Assembly (NCBI GenBank): GCA_965222225.1
Contig: CBDCTK010000002.1
Span: 2,720,001 to 2,784,000, forward strand
Direction: 5' to 3'
DNA length: 64,000 bases
From: Candidatus Poribacteria bacterium
Lineage (GTDB): Bacteria; Poribacteria; WGA-4E; JAJDTR01
The notes beneath the pieces are model-generated. The model was not told the origin of the DNA. It saw only the letters and a list, made by a program, of their open reading frames with translations, and made no database searches. Position 1 is the first letter of the stretch, and each line of letters opens with the position of its first letter. The position numbers and the translations under genes were made by a program. Positions 42,151-52,026 of the stretch are shown here, in pieces.

Positions 42151-43568
42151 TTACGAACGATACCACTGGGGGAGAGCGTTTTATCTATCGCTGTCTGCTG
42201 AAGATCTTATGTTGCTTCTTAACGGTTGGATTCCCCATGGCACCCGACCCAAAAGCCGATGACAAAACTGATATGATTCAACTTGTGGATTCCGATCTCA
42301 ACGACAAAGGTCACAATTCTCCCTTTCAGAGACCAATGGAGGTTAAGGTGTCTAGCGAATTGGCGGACAATCGCATCGGAGGCGACTACGGGAGCGATCA
42401 TCCGGGCTCCGAAGAGGGAATCTATCGACTGGGGCTAAAATGGTTGCGGATCGGATTTTGGGACAGCTCTCTTAATTGGCAGGAGGTGGAGTCCCGTCCG
42501 GGCGAATATAGCATTCCACCCGAACGAGATGCTTTCGTCCGCGACATGGTGGAAAATGGCGTCACTCTTGTGCTTTGCCTTAGTGTCGGATCAGGCAAAA
42601 ACCGACTGGATAGCACAAAATTCAAATCGGACGATGATATTAACCGCTACGCCAATTACGTGCGCTTCATGGTGCGGCATTTCAAGTCGTTCATCAGATA
42701 CTATGAAATCTGGAATGAGCCGGATACCGATACGCCTTGGGGAGGCATCGCCGTTGAAGACTTTGCCCGACTCATCAAGCACGTCATCCCTGTTATCCGA
42801 GAGGAGTATCCCGAAGCCAAAATCGTTGCAGGCGCCACCGGCGGTTATTGGGTATCCGGATTCCCCGGATACGGGAAGTTTTCACGTTACACCCTGGATC
42901 TTGATTACCTGAAAACGCTTCTAAAATCCGGGATAGCGCCGCTGATAGATGTGATTTCGTGGCACCCCTTCTACGGTCATACTCCCGACGATCCGTACTA
43001 CCAAAATTATCCGCAAATGGTGGAAGAACTCAAAGCGTTGGGGGCAGCCGAAGGCTTTAACGGAAAATACTTGGTAGAGGAGATGCTATGGAGAACCGAA
43101 CGGGCGGATGAACCTCAACAGTCAGTATCAGCGATTGTCTCGGCAAAATACCTTGCCAGAGCCATCCTGACACATCTCGGGTTGGACGTTACTGCCAGCG
43201 TCTCCGGCATGTTTCCCGGTGAATGTCCCCACTTCGTGCGGCGATTATGCACCGTTATGGCTGGCGCCGCGCCAATCAGCCTTCCTCTCGAGATCGAGAG
43301 CGCCGCCGCCAATATAAGGCACTACGGATTCTCTCTACCTAACGGCGATAGACTCCTCGCGCTTTGGACCAACGGCGTCGCCGTTGACGAAGATCTCGGC
43401 GTGCAAGCTGACCTACTGCTTCGGGGGCTTTCAGCTCAAAACGTGGTAGGCGTGGACATCCGAAATGGGGTGGAACATGAGATCCTGACAAGCGCGCAAA
43501 ACGGGAATCTAACGATTCGGGGCCTTCTCGTTAAAGATTATCCCATCATCCTTCGCCTGCTTCAATAA
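42147..43568 (+). CDS. Clan GH-A TIM-barrel glycoside hydrolase (GH39/GH5-like)
   Basis: YYEIWNEP, SWHPFY; ATGA overlap with the upstream gene. Confidence 0.75.
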   Translation: MITNDTTGGERFIYRCLLKILCCFLTVGFPMAPDPKADDKTDMIQLVDSDLNDKGHNSPFQRPMEVKVSSELADNRIGGDYGSDHPGSEEGIYRLGLKWLRIGFWDSSLNWQEVESRPGEYSIPPERDAFVRDMVENGVTLVLCLSVGSGKNRLDSTKFKSDDDINRYANYVRFMVRHFKSFIRYYEIWNEPDTDTPWGGIAVEDFARLIKHVIPVIREEYPEAKIVAGATGGYWVSGFPGYGKFSRYTLDLDYLKTLLKSGIAPLIDVISWHPFYGHTPDDPYYQNYPQMVEELKALGAAEGFNGKYLVEEMLWRTERADEPQQSVSAIVSAKYLARAILTHLGLDVTASVSGMFPGECPHFVRRLCTVMAGAAPISLPLEIESAAANIRHYGFSLPNGDRLLALWTNGVAVDEDLGVQADLLLRGLSAQNVVGVDIRNGVEHEILTSAQNGNLTIRGLLVKDYPIILRLLQ

Positions 43569-43737
43569 TGTCAATCTCCTAGCAAAACAGCGAAACCGAG
43601 TTTTTCTTCACAACTCGGTTTCTCAACTCCCCGGTAAATGGAAGCCACTCAATCCAGACCGTCCGCGTTTCCGATCTTACGGAATCGACAACCAGCCACT
43701 GCGTGCCCTCATACAGTTCAGTCCCTCTACGCTAGTC

Positions 43738-44820
43738 CTAAGCTTCGTGGGACGTTACCGCTAACGAACGGCTCAAATAATCGCGATAGTCTTGTGCCTT
43801 GGTGTGACTATGCACACCAAGAAAATCATTCAGCGGTAGGCTCCCTAGCAGTTTCAACTCGTTGGATATCACTTGGCAATCTACCGGCGATTCCTTCTTC
43901 CAACCCCCGATGATCGCCCGCTCCAACGGCGAAACGCCATCAAGTCCTTTGGCATCCCTTTGTCGTTTGAGGTCGAGATTAAGCACATAGAGATTGACAA
44001 AATTGGCGTTCAAATAATCAATCGTCGCCTTATCGCCGAGGACAACTGCCCTCAAGATTTTTCCGCTTCCTCAGCACGACTCGCCCATGAAGGTACCATC
44101 CGCCGAAACAACATGGATAGGACGATCAAGCGCTTTTGCCATCTCTGCTGCCTCTTCCAGCGTTACCCATTCAATGGATTGCGCAGGATAAAACTGCCTC
44201 GCTAATCCAAGTCGTGCCTCTTCCATGGGGATTTCTTCGGAGTAAGCCAACGCTTGAGTGACTTCTTCGCCGACAGTCATCTCAATTCGGCAAACACCGC
44301 ATTCGGTGACGGTGAGTTCGTCATCCCGTTTCCTGTGGGCATCAAAGTTAAGCGTGCTCGGTGGAACGGACATCTCAAAATATATCAATTCCTCCAAGCG
44401 CCGGTCAATAATCAGGGTTCCAGCAAGTTGAGAGGGTGTAAACTTCCCATCCTTGAACGTGAACACCGTGTGGATGCGGAACACTATCTCAGCGTAGTTG
44501 TCGTTGAATCCGCGAAGGGATGCCCACTGGCCTATGTCCTCATGATTCCACAGTTCAAGTTGCGGCTCTTCGGCGAGTTGCTTCAATAGCTGAAGTGCGG
44601 ATTCGGGGTCGATTTTCCAGTGTTCGCCGACAGAGACCGCCTTCCGCGGGAGAAAGCCTTGAAATGTCGAGGCGGGATAGTTTCTTTGTGCTTCAACCTC
44701 TCTCAGCGTCGCAAGCGGCTCCCAGTCCACATGAAAGCCGGCTGTAGTAAACGTAATTGGGGGAATAGATGCGTTAACGGAAATCGGCTCAGGTCCATTT
44801 AGCTCAAGCTAAATTTTCAT
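43738..44820 (-). pseudogene. Selenoprotein N-like gene, copy 1 (UGA 44071-44073); TAG at codon 4
   Basis: GESC-TGA-GSGKILRAVVL in frame with ORF 43738-44055; ATG AAA ATT TAG at 44820; could restart at GTG 44730. Confidence 0.7.
44038..44053 (-). promoter_or_regulatory. SECIS-like hairpin, copy 1
   Basis: GAGGGC-AGUU-GUCCUC, 17 nt after the UGA. Confidence 0.7.
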
Positions 44821-44854
44821 TGTTTTTTCCTAAGAATCATTCTTTTTGCTTCCC

Positions 44855-45085
44855 GCGCAAGTCCTAACATAACTGGCATCCTCTTTTCCGTCTAGCGGAA
44901 CAGGAGTGCCGATATAATAATCAAAAGTCTCTCACTTGTACACAATTTCGGATGCACTTTACAACTTTCTCACATCGGATGCTGCCAGGCGAACACAGAC
45001 TCTTTTGCATTCGGTCTAGCTCGCCAAATTCACGAATCGCCAATCAATTGACGACACACCTCCCGTTACTTCGTGCAAGTCCTAC
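44855..45085. repeat. Intergenic spacer duplicated at 46196-46426
   Basis: About 110 bp identical, the rest similar; partial third match near 47720. Confidence 0.9.
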
Positions 45086-46160
45086 ACTTCTGGAGGCGTT
45101 TCCGCTAACGAATGCTTCAAGAATTTACGATATCCCTGAGCCTCGTTGTTAACGTTCTCGTCAAGAAAATCATTGAGCGGTATGCTCCCTAGCAGTTTCA
45201 ACTCGCTAGAAATCACTTGGCAATCTACGGGTGAATCCTTGTTCCAACCGCCGATGATGACGCGTTCCAAGGGCGAAACGCCATCAAGTCCTTTTATGTC
45301 CCGGTGCTGTTTGAGGTCAAGATTGAGAACCCAGAGGTTAACAAAGTTGGCGTTTAAATACCCAATCGTGTCTTTATCGCCGAGGACAACTGCCCTCAAG
45401 AATTTGCCGCTCCCTCAGCACGACTCGTCCATGAAGGTGCCGTCCGCCGAAACAACATGGATGGGGCGGTCAAGCGTTTTTGCCATCTCTGCTGCGTCTT
45501 CCAGCCTTACCCATTGAATGGATTGCGCGGGGTAAAACTGCCTCCCAAGCCCAAGGCGTGCCTCTTCCATCGAGATTTCTTCGGAATAGGTTAATCCTTG
45601 GGTGACTTTTTCGCCGGCAATCATGTCGATGCGACAAACACCGCAATCTGTGATACCGCGATACTCATCGTAGTTCTTAATAACATCAAAGTTCAACGTA
45701 CCGGGAGGAACGGACATCTCAAAATAAGCTAATTCCTCCTGGCGCCGGTCATTGTTAACCGACCGGAAAACTGTGAGGGTGTAAACCTTCCATCGTCGAA
45801 CACTAACACCGTATGGATACGGAACACAATCTCCGCGTAATCGCCATTGAAGGCGCGAAGCGATGCCCACTGTCCTCCTTCATCATTCTGTAATTCCAGT
45901 TGTGGCTTTTCGGCGAGTTGCGTCAGTAGCTGGAGTGCGGCTTCCGGGTCAATTTTCCAGTGTTCGCCTACAGAAACCACCTCTCGCGGGAGAAAGCCTC
46001 GAAATGTTGAGACCGTATAGTTTCTTTGCGGTTCAACCTCTCTCAGCGTCGCAAGTGTCTCCCAGTCCACATGAAAGCCAGCTGTAGTAAACTCAATTGG
46101 CGGAATGGATGCGTTGACTAAAATCGGTTCCGCACCGTTTATCTCAAGCGGTATCTTCAT
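45082..46160 (-). CDS. Selenoprotein N-like protein, copy 2 (UGA 45415-45417), one -1 indel near 45751
   Basis: DESC-TGA-GSGKFLRAVVL in frame; ACA AT GAC lacks one base relative to the IIDRR of the paralogs. Confidence 0.75.
45382..45397 (-). promoter_or_regulatory. SECIS-like hairpin, copy 2
   Basis: GAGGGC-AGUU-GUCCUC, 17 nt after the UGA. Confidence 0.7.
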
Positions 46161-46422
46161 CGTTTATTCCTAAAGAATTATTCCATTTGCTACTTGCGCA
46201 AGTCCTAACATAACTGGCATCCTCTTTTCCGTCTAGCGGAACAGGAGTGCCGATATAATAATCAAAAGTCTCTCACTTGTACACAATTTCGGATGCACTT
46301 TACGATCTTCTCACATCGGATTCTGCCAAGTGAACGCGAACCTTTTTGCTTTCCGTCGAAATAGCCGAATTCACGAATCGCCAATCAATTGACGGCACAT
46401 CTCCCGTTACTTTGTGCAAGTC

Positions 46423-47505
46423 CTACGATTTTGGGGACGTTTCCGCTAACGAATGCTTCAAGAATTTACGATATCCCTGAGCCTCGTTGTTAACGTTCTC
46501 GTCAATAAAATCATGGAGTGGTAGGCTCCGGAGCAGTTTCAACTTGCTAGAGATTACCTCACAATCAACAGGTGAATCCTTATTCCAACCCCCAATGATG
46601 GCGCGTTCCAAGGGCGAAACGCCATCAAGTCCTTTTATGTCCCGGTGCTGTTTGAGGTCAAGATTGAGAACCCAGAGGTTAACAAAGTTGGCGTTCAAAT
46701 ACTCAATTGTCTTCTTGTCGGCGAGGGCACCTGCCCTCAAGATTTTTCCACTTCCTCAGCACGACTCATCCATGAAGGTGCCATCCGCCGAAACAACATG
46801 GATGGGACGGTCAAGCAACTTAGCCCTCTCTGGTGCTTCTTCCAGCTTTACCCATTCAATGGATTGGGCAGGATAAAACTGCCTCGCTAATCCAAGTCGT
46901 GCCTCTTCCATGGAGATTTCTTCGGAGTAAGCCAACGCTTGAGTGACTTCTTTGCCGGCAATCATCTCAATTCTACAAACACCACTCTCCGCGGCCCAGA
47001 AACCTTCATCGAATTTCCTACCAGCATCAAAATTCAGCGTACTCGGCGGAACAGACATCTCGAAGTAAGCTAATTTCTCCAAGCGGCGGTCGATAATGAG
47101 ACTTCCGGCAAATTGTGATGGCGTAAAAAACCCATCCTTCCACGCAAACACGGCGTGGAAGCGAAACACAATCTCCGCATAATCGTCATTGTAGGCGCGA
47201 AGTGATGCCCATTTGCCTTCGTCATCACCAATCCGCGGCTCTAGTCTCGGATTTTCAGCGAACTGCTTTAGTAACTCAAGCACAGTCTCAGGATCAATTT
47301 CCCAATGTTCACCCACAGCAACTGCCTTCAGCGGCAGGAAACCACGTAGGGTTGAGATGGGGTAGCTTTTCTGCGATTCTACCTCTCGCATCGTTGCAAG
47401 CGACTCCCAGTCCACATGATAACCGGCTGTAGTAAACTCGATCGGGGCAATGGATGCGTTGACTAAAATCGGATCCGGTCCATTTAATTCGAGGTGAATT
47501 TTCAT
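46423..47505 (-). CDS. Selenoprotein N (SELENON)-like selenoprotein, copy 3, intact, 360 aa with Sec at UGA 46756-46758
   Basis: ORFs 46756-47568 and 46423-46740 are in one frame joined by TGC TGA GGA AGT GGA; FRFHAVF, TPSQF, EEA...YP and SCUGSG..LR match the SelN pattern on both sides of the UGA. Confidence 0.85.
46723..46738 (-). promoter_or_regulatory. SECIS-like hairpin, copy 3
   Basis: GAGGGC-AGGU-GCCCUC, 17 nt after the UGA, G in the apical loop. Confidence 0.72.
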
Positions 47506-47644
47506 CGTTTTCCCCAGTAACTTGCCTGACCATTCAAAGCGCAGGGAATAACGATCAAGCAAGCGCACACCGAGTGCGATAGAAATCCCTCGTTAATCCC
47601 TATATACGAATTAGACCTTGCTTTTTTGTTCCTTTCTATGAATC

Positions 47645-47684
47645 AGGCAAGTAGGGGACGCAGATCTGCGTCCCCTACTTGCTT
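47645..47684. repeat. GTAG-type REP palindrome
   Basis: GCAAGTAGGGGACGCAGATCTGCGTCCCCTACTTGC; other GTAG REP-like units at ~13421, 27198, 29767, 40125. Confidence 0.7.
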
Positions 47685-47800
47685 GCTGAAGTGCGTAGGT
47701 CCTACAGTGTTTCCAAATATACACAATTTCGGATGCACTTTACGGTTTTCTTAAATCGTCAATGATAATCGGTTTCACTCCGTCCCAAACTCAAAATTCT

Positions 47801-48625
47801 TCAACCCCTCCACTTATCCAACCCCAGCAGCTTCCTCCCCAACGGAGTGAGTTTTGCGGTCTTACCCTCCCCGTTTTCCTTCTCCTCACGCTCGCCGGTA
47901 AACCCTGCCCCGCGGTTGCGCCACCCGTCAATCCGTTTTGCTCGGGCTTCCTCGCTTTCCTCTTCGGCGGGAAACATCGTGATATATTGCGCCACGCGAG
48001 GTTGGTCGGCGCTATTCGGGCCCGCCCCGTGAGGCAAACTGCTGTGCCAGATTATCAGATCCCCCGCCTTCCCCGCAATCGGCTCTGCGCCCAAACTTTC
48101 CAAGTCCTGCTGCTTCGGATCGGCATCCTTCGGGAGGGATTCCAGCCACGCTTCCATCTTGTGATGAAACCCGGGCACGCAGGTGAACGCGCCCTGATTA
48201 GCCGCCGTGTCCGTCAGATACAGCACGCCTTGCACACCTAATTTAGCTGGCGGATTAAAGGGATTTCTATCCCAATGCAGCCCGGCATCCGTACGGTTCC
48301 AATTCGGCGGACGATTGGGCGGACTCATGCTTGCCCGATCAAAGCTTACCCACAACTGCTCCGTATCCCAGATTTCGGCAAAGGCTTGATGTACGCGCGG
48401 GATTTGACGATTGTCCCATAGCGCTTGATGCTGGTAAATCTCCACCATGATACTGGAGCGCGGCGGGTCAGGATACCAACTCTCCCTATCCTTCGCATCC
48501 ATCTCAAGAAATTCCCAAACCGCGGCCTCAGCCGCTTTCGTATTCACCGGTGATACCGCGTCATGAACGACAACGTAACCATGCTCTTCCCAGAAGGCGC
48601 GGTCTTCCGCACTTAAAACGGGCAT
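47801..48625 (-). CDS. PhyH-family dioxygenase
   Basis: LHWD, QGVLYLTD, VPGFH, LPHG. Confidence 0.88.
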   Translation of the reverse strand: MPVLSAEDRAFWEEHGYVVVHDAVSPVNTKAAEAAVWEFLEMDAKDRESWYPDPPRSSIMVEIYQHQALWDNRQIPRVHQAFAEIWDTEQLWVSFDRASMSPPNRPPNWNRTDAGLHWDRNPFNPPAKLGVQGVLYLTDTAANQGAFTCVPGFHHKMEAWLESLPKDADPKQQDLESLGAEPIAGKAGDLIIWHSSLPHGAGPNSADQPRVAQYITMFPAEEESEEARAKRIDGWRNRGAGFTGEREEKENGEGKTAKLTPLGRKLLGLDKWRG

Positions 48626-48805
48626 AATCTCTCCTCTTGATAGGCACCTAAAGCGATAACATGAAGGTTGGTACGCAGTGGTGATCCTCGACTACCGATT
48701 CAAGGCTTGTCTTTGCCAAGTTCGGGGCTGTCTGAACTCGGTCATGAATCGAACAACGACCAAAGTTTACAATCTACTGAACCCGATTACAACAGTTTTT
48801 TGCGC

Positions 48806-48833
48806 TTGACATAACCGCCGTTTGCCGTATAAT
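48806..48833 (+). promoter_or_regulatory. Consensus sigma70 promoter for the PfkB operon
   Basis: TTGACA-16 bp-TATAAT. Confidence 0.75.
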
Positions 48834-48918
48834 GTGCAAAATTTCCGCGCGGTGAGACGCGGCAATTATGCCGTCATCACCTACTCGCAGGCGGATCTGC
48901 TGAAAGGTTTGTAGAGAC

Positions 48919-49833
48919 GTGAAAACGCCCGATTTGGTTTGCATCGGTCATGTCATTTCCGAGACGATTTACTTCCCGAATGCCGTCAAGGGACCATTCT
49001 TGGGCAGCCCTCCCGCATACTGCTCCGTGGCGGCCTCGCGTCAGAACACCAAGACGGGGTTATCCACGAAGATTGGATCGGACATGCCGCAAGGGTTGCT
49101 TCAACCCCTAATTCAAGCCGGGGTGGATGTGACCGGTATACAAACAACCGATCGAACCACAACCACCGAGCTGATCTACAATGAACATGGGCACAAGGAG
49201 ATTCGCTATCCGACCAAGGCTTCGCCAATCACCGTTGAAGATATACCGAAATCATACCACGGATGCCGGTTGATCTATGTGTGTCCAATGGATAACGATG
49301 TACTCCCGGAAGATTTGGCGGATATCGTGGCGCTGGGAGAAGTCAGCGCTGTCGACCTCGGCGGATACGGCGGCGTTCACATGAGCGTCGCCAATCGCGA
49401 AGCCACTGCCTCTCTCGAAGACCTTGCCTGTGACGTTGCCGAGCACTTCGATATCGTCAAAGCCTCCGATGAAGATGCCGCGACCATCTTCGGATGGGAT
49501 AATCCGAACGAGGCGGCACAGCGGTTGCTGGATCGCGGGGCAAATGTCGCTGTCATTACGCTCGGTCCAAAGGGAGCGCTTGTCCTCACACGGGAGAAGC
49601 GTTGGGAGGTCCCACCGCTGTCGGGAAATGTAACGGACACGACCGGAGGCGGCGATACCTTTATGGCGGGCTTTTTGTCGGAGTATCTCCGCAGCGCTGA
49701 TCCGCTCAGAGCGGCGCAATGGGGGTGCGCTACCGCTATCTGTGTCATTGAGCAAAGCGGCGGCGTCTCTTTAGAGCGTATGCCGACACATAAACAGGTT
49801 GAAGAGCGCGTACATCTTGGTTATCATGAGTAA
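48919..49833 (+). CDS. PfkB-family carbohydrate kinase
   Basis: VITLGPKGA, DTTGGGDTFMAGFL. Confidence 0.92.
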   Translation: MKTPDLVCIGHVISETIYFPNAVKGPFLGSPPAYCSVAASRQNTKTGLSTKIGSDMPQGLLQPLIQAGVDVTGIQTTDRTTTTELIYNEHGHKEIRYPTKASPITVEDIPKSYHGCRLIYVCPMDNDVLPEDLADIVALGEVSAVDLGGYGGVHMSVANREATASLEDLACDVAEHFDIVKASDEDAATIFGWDNPNEAAQRLLDRGANVAVITLGPKGALVLTREKRWEVPPLSGNVTDTTGGGDTFMAGFLSEYLRSADPLRAAQWGCATAICVIEQSGGVSLERMPTHKQVEERVHLGYHE

Positions 49834-49858
49834 CGCCAGTTATTGAAAAGGGGAAAGA

Positions 49859-51034
49859 ATGTCAGACGTAAGAATGGGAGTTGTCGGTTGCGGCAGCATT
49901 GCCGAAATCGCACACCTGCCGTCAATCACCCAACGCAAAGAGGCGAAACTGGTTGCCGTTTGTGATTCGGATGACGATCAGGTAAAAGCAGCCGCGGCAA
50001 AATGGGGGGCTGAAAGACATTTCACCGACTACCGAGCGATGTTTGAACACGCAAAACTCGACGGTGTCGTGATTGCAACCCCAAACAACCTGCACCGCAA
50101 CATCGCGGTTGCGGCAGCGCAAGCGGGCGTACATGTGGTGGTTGAAAAACCTCTCGCCGTCACGAATACCGAAGCATGGGACATCGTCAACGCCTGCAAG
50201 GAAGCGGGCGTGAAGCTCATGGTCGGCTGTGACCGCCGATTCTGGACGCATAATCAGTGGGCGAAGCAACTCATCACGGAGGGGATCATAGGCAAGCTGC
50301 TGATGAGTCGAGGAAGCCTTCATGAACACTGGTACAATTATCAGAATCACGTTGCAAGGACGGAGTTTCGCCTAGACTGCAAGGTTGCCGGCGGCGCTGC
50401 CCTGAACGACACCGGCGCCCATGTGATAGATTTATTGACGTGGCTCAACGACAGCAAGGTCAAGCGCGCGGTTGGCGTCGCCCGACGTTTGGCGATGCCG
50501 GAAAGCTACACACTCTGCGATGATACCGCGCTAGTTATGGTCGAGTTCGAGAACGGCGCGGTCGGCACGGTCAGTTGCAACCGATTCTCGCCTGCTGTCA
50601 ACCAGATGACCGAACTGTGCGGCACGGAAGGCACAATCTTCACCGCCACCGATGCCACCAACCCCTTCCAGAGCTGGCCCATGGCGGTGTATACGAACAA
50701 GGACTTTACCGTAGACACCCTGCCCGAAGTGCTGAGCGATTACCGTTGGCCCGAACTGTTCTGGGTGGAGGATATTATAGATGAGCACGTCCGTAAGCGT
50801 TGGATACCCATCTGTCCGCCGCGCCGACCGAACAATTATGAGCGAATGACCGAGCACTTCTTGGATTGTATCATTAACGACAAGCCGCCGTTGATTAGCG
50901 GCGAGGATGGAGCACATGCCGTGGAAGTCATGTGCGCGACGTGGAAGAGCATGGAAACCGGTGCGTGGGTCGATTTGCCGCTCACCGAGGAAGTGACACC
51001 GCCATACTACGAACCGCTGCCGAAGGAGGCATGA
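49859..51034 (+). CDS. Gfo/Idh/MocA oxidoreductase
   Basis: GVVGCGSIA, VEKPLA, DTGAHVID. Confidence 0.92.
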   Translation: MSDVRMGVVGCGSIAEIAHLPSITQRKEAKLVAVCDSDDDQVKAAAAKWGAERHFTDYRAMFEHAKLDGVVIATPNNLHRNIAVAAAQAGVHVVVEKPLAVTNTEAWDIVNACKEAGVKLMVGCDRRFWTHNQWAKQLITEGIIGKLLMSRGSLHEHWYNYQNHVARTEFRLDCKVAGGAALNDTGAHVIDLLTWLNDSKVKRAVGVARRLAMPESYTLCDDTALVMVEFENGAVGTVSCNRFSPAVNQMTELCGTEGTIFTATDATNPFQSWPMAVYTNKDFTVDTLPEVLSDYRWPELFWVEDIIDEHVRKRWIPICPPRRPNNYERMTEHFLDCIINDKPPLISGEDGAHAVEVMCATWKSMETGAWVDLPLTEEVTPPYYEPLPKEA

Positions 51035-51039
51035 ATTCC

Positions 51040-52026
51040 ATGAAAGACGTGCTAGTCACCGGCGCCACCGGATATGTCGGACGTGAACTTGTGCGGCAGC
51101 TCTTGGAGATGGGGATAGCGGTCACGGGGCTCGGGCGAACCCGATCCAAAGGGAACATCCCTTTCATCCAAGCGGATCTGACCGATGCCGAGGCACTAGA
51201 CCGGGCTTTGGACGGCAGTTCATTCGATTGTATCATGCACCTCGCCTCACGGCCCGGCGATACCGGCAATCCGCTGCAGATGGTCGAACTGAATATCAAC
51301 GGCCTGCAGAACCTACTTGAATACGCCCGCCGCGTCGAGGTGAATCGGTTTGTACAAGCCAGTAGTGTATCTGCTTATGAGTGGTATCCGGGAACAAAAT
51401 TTAATCCTCCCGATTACATGCCGGTGGATGAAAATCATCCGTGTCGCCCAAAGGATATTTATTCCACCACCAAGCGGATGCAGGAGGAGTTGGCGCTAAC
51501 GTATTACCATCAGTACGAAGTCCCGACGACGGTACTGCGGCTGACAGCCGTTGTTGGCCCTCACGGACAGGGTGGCGGGCGTGGCTGGCGCGAGATCGCC
51601 GCTCAACTGGCTGAAGGCGTGAAGGTTCAAATACCGCATTTCTCGACCGAGGAACTTTGCCACTACGTGGACTATCGCGATGTCGCCCGAATGCACATCG
51701 CTGCCGGGGAGCACCCGGGCGCCGTGGGCGAGATTTTCAATTGCTGCGGCGCCAGTCCCACCCGAGGCTCGGAATTTGTCGAAATCATCAAAGGCATCTT
51801 GCCCGATATTGAGGTGGAGTGCGGCTTTCCTTGGAGCATGGCACAAGGGGAGGAGGTGTCTTTCGATATGTCCAAGGCAAAAACCCTTATCGGGTTTGAA
51901 CCTGCCTACACATTGGCAGACAGCATCCGGAGCATCAAGGATTGGGTTGATGCCGGCGGGCTGACGGCGGAAGCGTCCACCGGCGACGGATCCTTCAGTG
52001 CCGGGGTTGAGCAGTCGGAGAGATAA
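51040..52026 (+). CDS. NAD-dependent epimerase/dehydratase
   Basis: VTGATGYVG, YSTTK. Confidence 0.9.
   Translation: MKDVLVTGATGYVGRELVRQLLEMGIAVTGLGRTRSKGNIPFIQADLTDAEALDRALDGSSFDCIMHLASRPGDTGNPLQMVELNINGLQNLLEYARRVEVNRFVQASSVSAYEWYPGTKFNPPDYMPVDENHPCRPKDIYSTTKRMQEELALTYYHQYEVPTTVLRLTAVVGPHGQGGGRGWREIAAQLAEGVKVQIPHFSTEELCHYVDYRDVARMHIAAGEHPGAVGEIFNCCGASPTRGSEFVEIIKGILPDIEVECGFPWSMAQGEEVSFDMSKAKTLIGFEPAYTLADSIRSIKDWVDAGGLTAEASTGDGSFSAGVEQSER

Noticed and set aside
44809-44811. TAG in SelN-like copy 1 (and TAG at 58451) as pyrrolysine or recoding
   Set aside because: Not conserved in paralogs, no pyl genes in the window, and TAG is a normal stop in many genes here.
43738-47505. Diversity-generating retroelement as cause of paralog variation
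   Set aside because: No reverse transcriptase in the window, and differences are not restricted to adenines.
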